From an uncultured bacterium (GTDB lineage Bacteria; UBP4; UBA4092): a stretch of DNA of 64,000 nucleotides. Location of the stretch: contig CAZXWN010000007.1 in assembly GCA_964644695.1 (NCBI GenBank), positions 26,610 to 90,609 on the forward strand. The letters are read 5' to 3'. Positions 19,435-28,127 of the stretch are shown here, piece after piece; the stretch's first letter is position 1, and every line of letters starts with the position of its first letter. The position numbers and the translations under genes are program-made. Under the pieces are notes generated by a model, which worked only from the letters and a program-made list of their open reading frames with translations, was not told the origin of the DNA and made no database searches.

Positions 19435-20201
19435 TTGAAGTCACGATTATATCGACTAGGTTCATAAGCGGCGGGCTGATCATTATGATCAAGACCAATT
19501 TCATATACCTTATTACTTTTAGATGATTCATGAAGATAGATTGCAATCACCTTATCTTTTTTCAACAAACGAGCCGGATGAATCCCATAGATTTTATACC
19601 CTCCGCTGATATTGAAAACCAATTCAGCCCATTCAGCTCCAAGCATGTTCACATATTTTTCACAGGCAGCTGAATATTCCCTCATAGCACCCGTTAAAGA
19701 GCCAGGCTCTGTTGCTGAAAAATCATTTATAGGTTCAAGATCTACTTCCCATCCAGAGAAGTCAGTCATCCATTTCTCTAAATAAGCCTTTGTATGCTTT
19801 GCGATTGCACGACTATCATTATTACCTTCGTCACAAAACAGAACGACCTTATACTCTGACAGATTTTCTTTCCAGAATTTGCCATGATCAATAGATTGAA
19901 CATACAGCAGTGTTGTCGCGATTTCAGCACTATACCTCATTTCAGAACCAAGCGCTGGGTCTACCAAAGCCTGTAAGAAATGGGTAACATTATTCTCACT
20001 ATTGAGAATCTTTGTACTAAGATCTTCTTTTATTGTTGTAGCATTTTCTGATGTAGCTCTGGAAGATGGAAGTCCATAAAAAGGAGTCCACTCTGGATAG
20101 GCCTTTGGCATCCATCCAGCAAAATTCCAAGAGGCAGAAGTATATAGAGAAGTCCCAATGGTGATTATGAGAAGTTTATTTTGTTGCTGTGTTTTTTTCA
20201 T
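19431..20201 (-). CDS. CARF-domain protein (cOA sensor or ring nuclease), 256 aa, no fused effector domain
   Basis: KLLIITIGTSLYTSASW (CARF beta1-GTS motif) and LVFNISGGYKIYG (second CARF signature, h-T/S-GG-x-K). No HEPN R-x4-6-H, PIN or wHTH motif detected. Confidence 0.6.
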   Translation of the reverse strand: MKKTQQQNKLLIITIGTSLYTSASWNFAGWMPKAYPEWTPFYGLPSSRATSENATTIKEDLSTKILNSENNVTHFLQALVDPALGSEMRYSAEIATTLLYVQSIDHGKFWKENLSEYKVVLFCDEGNNDSRAIAKHTKAYLEKWMTDFSGWEVDLEPINDFSATEPGSLTGAMREYSAACEKYVNMLGAEWAELVFNISGGYKIYGIHPARLLKKDKVIAIYLHESSKSNKVYEIGLDHNDQPAAYEPSRYNRDFK

Positions 20202-21366
20202 AATTATCGTCTTTCAATCCTTCCAGATGTTTTTTTATCCACAACAGTCTTTTAGAAAGATGTCTGTCAACCACATGGCCCTGACACCAATTTTTTACAA
20301 TACAAAAGGAATCATCCCAAACCAATTGGTTTGTTACTGCTATTAGGAATAATTTATATTCTTCTGTCTTTCCCTTTTTTGCTTTCGCTAAACAAAAGGC
20401 AGCAGTTTTCTCCAAGCCCTGAAGTTTCCATCGAGTTTCAAAATCACAAGCAATCGTGAATATTTTCTTTTGGAGTTCTGGAGTCCATTTGCTAACCAAA
20501 CCAAAAGTATCTATAAAACACTTTTCATAGATATACTCGGGTTCTTGATTTATGGTCTGAATTTCTGGCTGACCTTTTGTTTGAGAAACTTCACAGATGT
20601 CTATAAAGCCTTTTCCACAATTTTCTGAACTCCCTGCCTGATATTGACCCGCCAATCTGATGTCAGCAGGGATTTCTTTACTAAGATTTATCTGAGAGAT
20701 AAAGATGGATCGTGATGGAATATATTCAATCTTGCGCAGGCTTTTCCCTTCAGCAACGCCATAATCCGTTATTTTTGTTTGTTTAAAAACAACTCTGACT
20801 TGATCCCACATTTTCTTAGCGATATTGTCACCCGCAACAATCCAACGACTTCTTTTATCAATTCCCGATAAGATAAAAAGAGCCGAAATATCATAGTTAC
20901 CTAAACAAAAGCATGGATAATTGAACGAATTTGTAACTTTTCCCGTCCAATCATCTTCAGCAATGTAATTAAAAGTTGTTGCATCAAAACCTATTAATTT
21001 ACAAATCGCCATCAGATTGGACAGAGGGAAAACCCAGTGAATGACACCGTTTAGATCTGGAAAGGGGAAACACAACAGAATCCCATCGCCAAAAACTATA
21101 CGGCTGGGAATCCTTTGAGTTAAGAATTTTCCATCTTCACCTATACTTCCGTCTGGTGAGCCAAATATTTCCGTTCGTTTTGTATTCAAAAGGACATTCT
21201 CCAGCCGGCCAGCAATAACCCCTTTGAGTGCACTATCCGGAATAATAGGGAGGCCGGAATAGGCATCCTTCTGGGTAGGCCGGTCAATTGTAGAAGTTCC
21301 TGTTCCCGCGCCAAAATTGGCAGGTGTTATGAGTTTGATTCTGAGGAATTGTTTTTCCATTACCAT
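20176..21366 (-). CDS. additional Cas7-family RAMP with about 140-aa C-terminal extension of unknown function
   Basis: GLPIIPDSALKGVIAGRLE RAMP motif and G-rich loop GQYQAGSSENCGKGF, then a further extension with no recognisable motif. Start taken at the MVMEKQ Met overlapping the cmr3 stop (ATGGTAATGG). Confidence 0.55.
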   Translation of the reverse strand: MVMEKQFLRIKLITPANFGAGTGTSTIDRPTQKDAYSGLPIIPDSALKGVIAGRLENVLLNTKRTEIFGSPDGSIGEDGKFLTQRIPSRIVFGDGILLCFPFPDLNGVIHWVFPLSNLMAICKLIGFDATTFNYIAEDDWTGKVTNSFNYPCFCLGNYDISALFILSGIDKRSRWIVAGDNIAKKMWDQVRVVFKQTKITDYGVAEGKSLRKIEYIPSRSIFISQINLSKEIPADIRLAGQYQAGSSENCGKGFIDICEVSQTKGQPEIQTINQEPEYIYEKCFIDTFGLVSKWTPELQKKIFTIACDFETRWKLQGLEKTAAFCLAKAKKGKTEEYKLFLIAVTNQLVWDDSFCIVKNWCQGHVVDRHLSKRLLWIKKHLEGLKDDNYEKNTATK

Positions 21367-22502
21367 ACCCCCACAAATACCCGGCCTAACCCCGTATGAT
21401 AATACGAGGTTTGAAGACAGGCCATCCAATGATCTTTAATGATTTTCTCTTTTGATATTTCTTCCGGCCAGGTGTAATAGAAAATAGACCCCGCAGGATA
21501 AAGCCAGAGCATTTCCCGGGGTTGATGTGCCATGGCATCCCAGCCACTGATATAAACAGGTTTACCTAAAGCAGCAGCGACAGGGGCCTGATTTACAACT
21601 TTCGGATAGGAATCTTCAACCAACATCGGAGTCATCAAATACAGGAAGAAACCTTTTGAGGCTTGTGCTTTATTTGTAACCTTCTGTCTCAAGTCTTCAA
21701 AGGGAGCTTGACTCTCACTGGCATTCACAGATACTCTTCGGAGGTCTCCCCCACAAAAGCCTGTACGCGATTTCAGTTGTGTAGTCTCCAGGGTTTGATA
21801 CCATAAGACAAATCGAGCTGTCTCATAAGCCGCGCCCGGATTCACTTTACCTTTAAAACGGCGATAGGGTCGATTAAACAAATAACTTTCGACTGTCTGG
21901 TTGGTTGCATTATTCATCATCAGACCAATCCGGTTTTCCCGTCGCCATAATTCTTTGGGCTCTATCCATTGGTGGCGGATATCGCCATCGACATCCCCAG
22001 TCAAGACCTTTTGCAGTAAATCAATACTTACAAGGATATCCATTGTATCTTCTTGATATCCACCATCCCTGATTGGTTCTGTCTTTAATAAGTGAGTTTT
22101 CATCTTTAGATCTATAGAGCTGGCCATTGGCTCCGTATCCCGGGGGACTGGAGTCAACAAATCATGGATGTATTTTGCAGCTGGATTTATGGGGCTGGAT
22201 TTTAACCGCAGACATAAGGGTTTAGGAAACCAGATTTTTCCATCAGGACCTTGCAGAGCATATCCAGCAAGTGAAGCAGTACCCTCATTTTTATCAGCAA
22301 TGGTTGACAGCTTTTTTCCTAATACTTTTTCATCCCATTTTTTATCATTCAAATCAAGGAAATACTGAACCACCGCTCCATGTAAAGTCAGTGGAGAAGG
22401 GTCTTGATACTCAAACTGATGGTCCATCCCCGGTCGAGTGGACCGGCTATCGCTAAACAGAAGAGGGTCTAACGGACTCAATGTTATCTCATGCCAGACC
22501 AT
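21360..22502 (-). CDS. cmr3: type III-B Cmr3 (Cas5-family)
   Basis: ITLSPLDPLLFSDSRS and DPSPLTLHGAV match the Cmr3 N-terminal signature (LDpLfFRDgRPF ... PPsPsTlaGAl). C-terminal HTGLGRVFVG glycine loop. Confidence 0.8.
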   Translation of the reverse strand: MVWHEITLSPLDPLLFSDSRSTRPGMDHQFEYQDPSPLTLHGAVVQYFLDLNDKKWDEKVLGKKLSTIADKNEGTASLAGYALQGPDGKIWFPKPLCLRLKSSPINPAAKYIHDLLTPVPRDTEPMASSIDLKMKTHLLKTEPIRDGGYQEDTMDILVSIDLLQKVLTGDVDGDIRHQWIEPKELWRRENRIGLMMNNATNQTVESYLFNRPYRRFKGKVNPGAAYETARFVLWYQTLETTQLKSRTGFCGGDLRRVSVNASESQAPFEDLRQKVTNKAQASKGFFLYLMTPMLVEDSYPKVVNQAPVAAALGKPVYISGWDAMAHQPREMLWLYPAGSIFYYTWPEEISKEKIIKDHWMACLQTSYYHTGLGRVFVGVW

Positions 22503-22504
22503 GA

Positions 22505-24250
22505 TTATTTTGCCTCCATGCTTTTGATGCCCCATTCATTGGACAGGAATGCCACCAGATGAAACCAAGTGGGGATCTGTTCCAGATGAGCCGGTTTTTC
22601 AGTCCACCATGTAGCACCATTAAGAGTGTCCCAGATGGTGTTTTTTTCTGTGTTATTTAGTTTCGGAGACAGCCTGCGGAAGGTCAACCGTTTAACTTCA
22701 CATCGAATGGCATTTCTACCCATGGGGCTATCCCAAGTGTTGGAGTCCAGAGATTCCAGGAAGGATTCCACATCATAGGCCCATCCCATGGATAACGTTC
22801 CTTCTTCAATTAATTTCAACACTTCATTAAACCGGCTCCAGCTGTCCCACTTATCCGCAGTGTACCATTCATTCCCAGAGGCAGTCTGAACAGCCACAGC
22901 CAGCGCATCTTTCCCCATCACTTTCTTGGCATAATGTTCCAAAGCCACCCTTGCCGCCATTTCTAATCCCCGAGACATGGGGCGCTGCCGGTCGAAAAAG
23001 GAGATACCCACAGAGAGGGTTGCACCGGTTGCAATACTCCCATTCCAAAGTTTATGTATTTCTGTTGCCAGTGGGAAAACTTTCTCCACGGGACAAAGGA
23101 TCATACCCTCATCCCCCCCCAAATATAGAGAGGTACAACAGTGTTCTTCTACTTTTGGTCTCAGGTCTTTTGTAAATTGAAGGAGTTTTTCAGGAAGGGA
23201 ATCCATGTGCTGACGGATTTTCTCACCCATAGAATCGCCATCAAAAGTCAGCGCTGCAAGATATTGGGAAGGTTCATCTTTCACTGTTTTACCTGACTTG
23301 CCTGCTGCATTAATCGCCGTTTTGACGATACCGTTCCATTTGTCTCTTTTATCACTAAGTTCTGGGAATAGTATGGCTTTGGCGGCCCAGGACCGTTTGT
23401 ATATCAAGGGATATTTGTCACTGAGTTTATAGTCCGAGCAGTCCTCTTTAAAAATTTCCGATACTTTTTCTTCAAGGCCAAGTTCCTTTAACCAGAAGGC
23501 GGCGGCAATCTGGGAGGTTGAAGGGAAGGAATCCTCTTCACTCAGATAACTTGCCAACCGTTTTATCAAACAGATACCACATAGCCGCTCATTCTCATCA
23601 ATCCGAAATCCTTTTTTTACAAAATCTTTGTCAGCAAGGTCCTTATGGAATTTATTCCATTCTGGGAAAGTTGTTTCCCCAATAGCTTCTCGTTTTCCAC
23701 ACTGGTTACACTTACCTACAGGGTAACCTTTCCAGGGATAAATAGGACGAGTTTGTTTGACGGCAGAATAGAGCTTTTCTAAATCCTCGTAACAGTTGGG
23801 ATCGTTTTGGTTATATTCCTTGATGACCCAGACTAAATCAAAGGGACATTTTATACAATTCAGAAAGCCTCTCACTTCATGCCATAGTGATACATAAGTC
23901 CCGTCGGCAAAAGCAACTTCCGTTAACAAACCATGCCAGGCATCACGGATTTGCTTTTTACCCTTTGCCATCCTTATTTTTGCCTCTTCCAATGACACGT
24001 CATCTTTCCAATACCCGGTAGCTCGATTAGGAAGGTTGTATTGGTCGCTATCATAATGGGACTTAAAATCCCCAAGCGACAGTTCACCCGTTAATTTGGG
24101 AAGAACGATTTCGGTTGGGCTGATTTGTACCAAGACTTGTTTCATCATCCAGGACAGGAGAACAGAACCTGCCTTCAGATCTCTGGACCGGGTGGCCTCC
24201 AGAATAAAATCCTGGACGGGGATAATACCAATTGTCCAGTAAACGGTCAT
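22505..24250 (-). CDS. cas10: Cas10/Cmr2 large subunit lacking an HD nuclease domain, with GGDE cyclase-palm motif
   Basis: About 580 aa. ALTFDGDSMG (first palm) and LYLGGDEGMIL (second palm, GGDD-like). Treble-clef Zn finger CNQCGKRE...CGICL between them. No N-terminal H-D motif. Positioned between cas6 and cmr3. Confidence 0.7.
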   Translation of the reverse strand: MTVYWTIGIIPVQDFILEATRSRDLKAGSVLLSWMMKQVLVQISPTEIVLPKLTGELSLGDFKSHYDSDQYNLPNRATGYWKDDVSLEEAKIRMAKGKKQIRDAWHGLLTEVAFADGTYVSLWHEVRGFLNCIKCPFDLVWVIKEYNQNDPNCYEDLEKLYSAVKQTRPIYPWKGYPVGKCNQCGKREAIGETTFPEWNKFHKDLADKDFVKKGFRIDENERLCGICLIKRLASYLSEEDSFPSTSQIAAAFWLKELGLEEKVSEIFKEDCSDYKLSDKYPLIYKRSWAAKAILFPELSDKRDKWNGIVKTAINAAGKSGKTVKDEPSQYLAALTFDGDSMGEKIRQHMDSLPEKLLQFTKDLRPKVEEHCCTSLYLGGDEGMILCPVEKVFPLATEIHKLWNGSIATGATLSVGISFFDRQRPMSRGLEMAARVALEHYAKKVMGKDALAVAVQTASGNEWYTADKWDSWSRFNEVLKLIEEGTLSMGWAYDVESFLESLDSNTWDSPMGRNAIRCEVKRLTFRRLSPKLNNTEKNTIWDTLNGATWWTEKPAHLEQIPTWFHLVAFLSNEWGIKSMEAK

Positions 24251-25359
24251 ACGACACCCTCTCTTTCTGGTTTCATACAATGTATTTCATGACGGGGTCC
24301 ACTTTGTGTTTTCAGGTTAAGTTGATACCGTCCAAATCCATACTCAGTTTTTGAACCCACGCCCATGATCGCTCCCAGTTGGAGCCAGGGGATAAAGGGT
24401 GTCAGTTCTCCGGTATAAAAAGCAGTCCCCTGATATCCCTTTAATTTGATTTTTCCCGGGCCCGACTCAGGTCCAAAAGTTATTCTTTCCAAACGGCTGT
24501 GGATAGATTCCGCTTTCAGGATCAATTCCGAGAAACAAAACTCTTTTTCCAAATCCCGGCCGGTATAAAACCAGGCCAACAAGGATAGCCGGCGAAGCAG
24601 GCTTTGGATCAGAGCCGGAAACAGGGGAGGACAAAACATTTGATTGGGCTTTGCATATTTTTTACTTTTTATCAGGATGGGCCGTTGAAAATCTATCCGT
24701 ATCTGATCGGGAACAGACGAGGTATTTCTGTCCAGCGGGATCTCTTTGGCTCCGGGATACAGGTATTCCGTCAACCAGGTTTTATCATAGATTGGGCGAG
24801 TGACCCAGGTATGGTCTGGCTGACGGGTCTGGACAGCAACCAGTCTCAGGCGATGCCCGACATCCCCTACTCCCCGGTCACCCAGTTTCTCAAAGGCATG
24901 TAAAATCTCAGGGAGATCGTTCAGGCTCCGGCCCACAAGAGTCAATCCAACCACCAGCGAATCCTTTTTGTTTAGATAGGCCGGTAACGGTTGGGGGAAA
25001 TCCAGGATAAAGGGATGCGGTTTGTAGTCCATCTTGATCCGGTGTTCTTCACCGGCGATGATGGGAGTCCGGAACACTCGGGCAAAGGGACATTTTCTGG
25101 AATGGGAACGATACTCAGGACAGTCCTCTTCCCGACAGGGTTCTCCCGCAGGACAGGGAGATATTTCCTTGAGCTGGTTCCCAAACAATCCATGGAAAAA
25201 AGCAGCATCCCATCCACGATTGGTAGTAAAGGACTCAAGTGTCTCATATATAATTTTGAACTGCCAGAAAGGTATTATCCCTAACCCCTTTGGTCCATCC
25301 ACTGTTATTATTTGTTCTGCCATAGCGCCGTTAATCAATCCCCCAGATTGAATCAGCAT
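24247..25359 (-). CDS. cas6: Cas6-family crRNA endoribonuclease with Cys-rich insertion
   Basis: C-terminal GVGSKTEYGFG fits the Cas6 glycine-rich loop G-h-G-x5-G-h-G. First gene of the operon, adjacent to array 2. Unusual CPAGEPCREEDCPEYRSHSRKCPF cluster. Confidence 0.5.
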   Translation of the reverse strand: MLIQSGGLINGAMAEQIITVDGPKGLGIIPFWQFKIIYETLESFTTNRGWDAAFFHGLFGNQLKEISPCPAGEPCREEDCPEYRSHSRKCPFARVFRTPIIAGEEHRIKMDYKPHPFILDFPQPLPAYLNKKDSLVVGLTLVGRSLNDLPEILHAFEKLGDRGVGDVGHRLRLVAVQTRQPDHTWVTRPIYDKTWLTEYLYPGAKEIPLDRNTSSVPDQIRIDFQRPILIKSKKYAKPNQMFCPPLFPALIQSLLRRLSLLAWFYTGRDLEKEFCFSELILKAESIHSRLERITFGPESGPGKIKLKGYQGTAFYTGELTPFIPWLQLGAIMGVGSKTEYGFGRYQLNLKTQSGPRHEIHCMKPEREGVV

Positions 25360-25816
25360 TTTGTACAGGAATTTTATTTTCAGGACGGATGCAGGTATCC
25401 CTACCCCACAAGCAGGCTCAATATATCAAAGCTAATTAGTCAATGTCAAGTTTTATTTTTTAAAATTTTAAATGAAATAATCCTATTTTTTGGGATGAAT
25501 TATTGATGGGGCAAGTGGTATGGGTCTTAGAGGTCCCATGGGTCCGATAGGTCATAGTTCCCCAGATGATAGGAGGTGGTCCTGTGAGGAAACGTACCGT
25601 CCACAAGATTACAAGATGTGTCTGGATTGGAGGACCATTGAAAGATCATTGGACAAAGAACTTTTGGATTCCTGCTTTCGCAGGAATGACAGTCTGAAGT
25701 TATGCCTTGATGAATCCCCCAGGTGATGGGGTGAGTCCTGCAGGTCTTTCCAACAGCGGTTTATCAGGATTGGGGTTTTTGTTGCAACCCCCAGGGGGTG
25801 GGGTGTGTATTCCAAT

Positions 25817-25990
25817 GAAGATAATTATAGTTTCAGTTTTATAAAATAACTATCCTGTTCATGCCTTCACCAAACTCCTCCTTCAATACCTTTCAGACCA
25901 AACCAACCAATCGAATCTCTTAATGAAGTCTTGGACAAAGGACTTCTGGATTCCTGCTTTCGCAGGAATAACAGTCTGAAGTTATGTCTT
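25817..25990. repeat. leader-like module copy (AT-rich segment plus conserved 110 bp with ATTCCTGC-TTTC-GCAGGAAT hairpin)
   Basis: Near-identical copy at 26670 to 26843. Partial copies at 25590 to 25708, 26338 to 26412, 27407 to 27481 and 14585 to 14660. Variant copies carrying the GC-rich terminator-like hairpin instead lie at 26104 to 26242 and 14740 to 14880. Confidence 0.8.
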
Positions 25991-26195
25991 GATGAATCCC
26001 CCAGGTGACGGGGTGTGTCCTGCAGGGTCTCACTCTCTAATCCGATAGAGACCTGTGGTGTCTCAACGTTGCAACCCCCAGGTGATGGGGTAAGTATTTC
26101 GATGAAGATAATTATAGTTTCAGTTTCATAAAATAACTATTCTGTTTATACCTTCACTAAACTTCTCCTTCAATACCTTTCAGACCGAACCACCC

Positions 26196-26241
26196 CCCGG
26201 CTTCGCCGGACCCCTCCTTGGAAAGGCGGGGAGCTTTTTTA
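26196..26241 (+). terminator. GC-rich tandem hairpins plus T-run (terminator-like), copy 2, immediately upstream of mini-array 3
   Basis: Identical to 14771 to 14816 (CCGGCTTCGCCGG ... CCCCTCCTTGGAAAGGCGGGGAGCTTTTTT). Confidence 0.45.
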
Positions 26242-28127
26242 AAACCAATCCCCCAGGGGGTGGGGTATGTCCTGCAGGAGTGAATCTGGCAAGAGCACCC
26301 TGGGACGCTATTTAGTTGCAACCCCCAGGTGATGGGGAATCTTAATGAAGTCTTGGATAAAGAACTTCTGGATTCCTGCTTTCGCAGGAATGACAGCCGG
26401 AAGTTATGTCTTAATGAATCCCCCAGGGGGTGGGGTGTGTCCTGCAGGTCTTTAAAACTTTCCCTGATAAATTTTTGAATTGGGTGTTGCAACCCCCAGG
26501 TGATGGGGTGAGTCCTGCAGGACAACTAAAGCTGCGGAAGTAGAAGTGGCAGTCTCGCAAGGTTGCAACCCCCAGGTGACGGGGTGAGTCCTGCAGGTTC
26601 TGCAAAAGTTCTATTGATTTTTTCAGCAATATCGTTGCAACCCCCAGGTGACGGGGTAAGTGTTCCAATGAAGATAATTATAGTTTCTATTTCATAAAAT
26701 AACTATCCTGTTTATACCTTCACCAAAATTCTTCTTTAATGCCTTTCAAACCGAACTAATCAATCGAATCTCTTAATGAAGCATTGGATAAAGAACTTCT
26801 GGATTCCTGCTTTCGCAGGAATGACAGTCTGAAGCTATGTCTTGATGAATCCCCCAGGTGATGGGGTGAGTCCTGCAGGATATTCACTGAGTCTGACACA
26901 GTGATACATGCTGCGAATGGTTGCAACCCCCAGGTGATGGGGTGAGTCCTGCAGGTTCACATGAACCTCGATCTCGAAGAGAAAGGTTTGTTTCCTGTTG
27001 CAACCCCCAGGTGATGGGGTGAGTCCTGCAGGAATATAAAGAAACTTTGGATACCACAGGACAGGCTGGGTTGTTGCAACCCCCAGGGGGTGGGGTGAGT
27101 CCTGCAGGCCGTAAGGAAATGCCTGCTGCATTGTTTCGCCGTAATCAGTTGCAACCCCCAGGTGATGGGGTGAGTCCTGCAGGGTAGTATTGAAAACTAC
27201 TCGGTGGGTGCTAGAAACCGGTTGCAACCCCCAAGTGATGGGGTGAGTCCTGCAGGTATTTTACAATCCATATTCATATCAATACGAATCTTTTCCGTTG
27301 CAACCCCCAGGTGACGGGGTGTGTCCTGCAGGATATTGATCTGTAAACTCACAAAGGGCTGTTGTTTGATGTTGCAACCCCCAGATGATAGGGTGATTCT
27401 TGATAAAGATAATTATAGTTTCAGTTTTATAAAATAACTATCTACCTTCACCATAACCTTCCTTCAATACCTTTTGAACCAAACCAATCCCCCAGGTGAT
27501 GGGGTGTGTCCTGCAGGCTCAGGGCGAATGGGCGTATGCCGAGACTATGCATTGGTTGTTGCAACCCCCAGGTGATGGGGTGAGTCCTGCAGGATTGGAA
27601 AAGAAGTTACTATTTATGTCTTTATTGGTTGCAACCCCCAGGTGATGGGGTGAGTCCTGCAGGTGCACCCCATCTAACCCTAATAAAATCAGGGGCGGGG
27701 AAGGCCATTTTCGGGGGTGACGATAAGACCTGCTTGACAAACCCCTCTAATGGTCCGGTTTTGGTATTTAAGTCAAATATTATCAATAGTCGGTGCTGAC
27801 AACCTGCTCATTTTCTGATAACCTGTTGATTGTCAAAGACTTCGCCATTCCTTTGCCGGAATGACAGGGTGTTTCAGGGTGTGCCCCGATGTCTTTTCGT
27901 ATCAGAGAGTTAGTTCATTTGTCAAAAAGACAGGGGAAAACCCTCTATCCCAATAAGGTATCCAGACCCGATTCGTATCTGCTTCGTTACTTTTGGATAT
28001 CGTGCCAAACATGAACCGTACCTGTCAAGTTACCTTAATTAAGTTCTTTTGTAAAGAGGGGGAAAGTGAGGGGGAGGAGAAAAGAAACGGGGCGGAAGGA
28101 AATCCGCCCCGGAGGTAAGTCTATTTT

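Larger units (their letters stand above)
25709..27663. CRISPR. CRISPR array 2, fragmented into six mini-arrays separated by copies of a leader-like module
   Basis: Same 36-nt repeat as array 1. Mini-arrays (repeats/spacers): 25709 to 25816 (2/1), 25991 to 26103 (2/1), 26243 to 26337 (2/1, last repeat truncated), 26413 to 26669 (4/3), 26844 to 27406 (8/7), 27482 to 27663 (3/2). Left-hand repeats begin (t)gaatcc or ccaatcc instead of gttgcaa. Right-hand repeats of the first five units are degenerate in their last 12 nt or so. Confidence 0.9.

Noticed and set aside
19431-20201. Considered calling the CARF protein Csx1/Csm6
   Set aside because: No HEPN R-x4-6-H motif or other nuclease domain is visible. 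It is only 256 aa, so it is a CARF-only protein (sensor or ring nuclease).
22505-24250. Possibility that the GGDE-containing protein is an ordinary GGDEF diguanylate cyclase rather than Cas10
   Set aside because: It lacks the GG[DE]EF-plus-RxxD arrangement, has a treble-clef zinc finger between the two palm motifs, and is embedded between cas6 and cmr3. Cas10 is the better explanation.
25520-25726. 68-aa ORF with a G-x-x-G-P-M-G-P-I-G start upstream of array 2
   Set aside because: It lies in the divergent leader/promoter region and runs into the first CRISPR repeat. No support as a gene.
25609-27740. ORFs overlapping array 2 (25609..25815, 26157..26525, 26411..26668, 26835..27227, 26957..27154, 27519..27740)
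   Set aside because: Same repeat-derived peptides (LQDSPHHLGVAT, AGLTPSPGGCN). Artefacts of the CRISPR periodicity.
27664-28127. Looked for a promoter, leader or mobile-element end downstream of the last mini-array (TTGACA...TATTTAAG)
   Set aside because: Spacing between the -35-like and -10-like hexamers is about 25 nt, which is not a plausible sigma70 promoter. There are no transposase or integrase remnants or target-site duplications.
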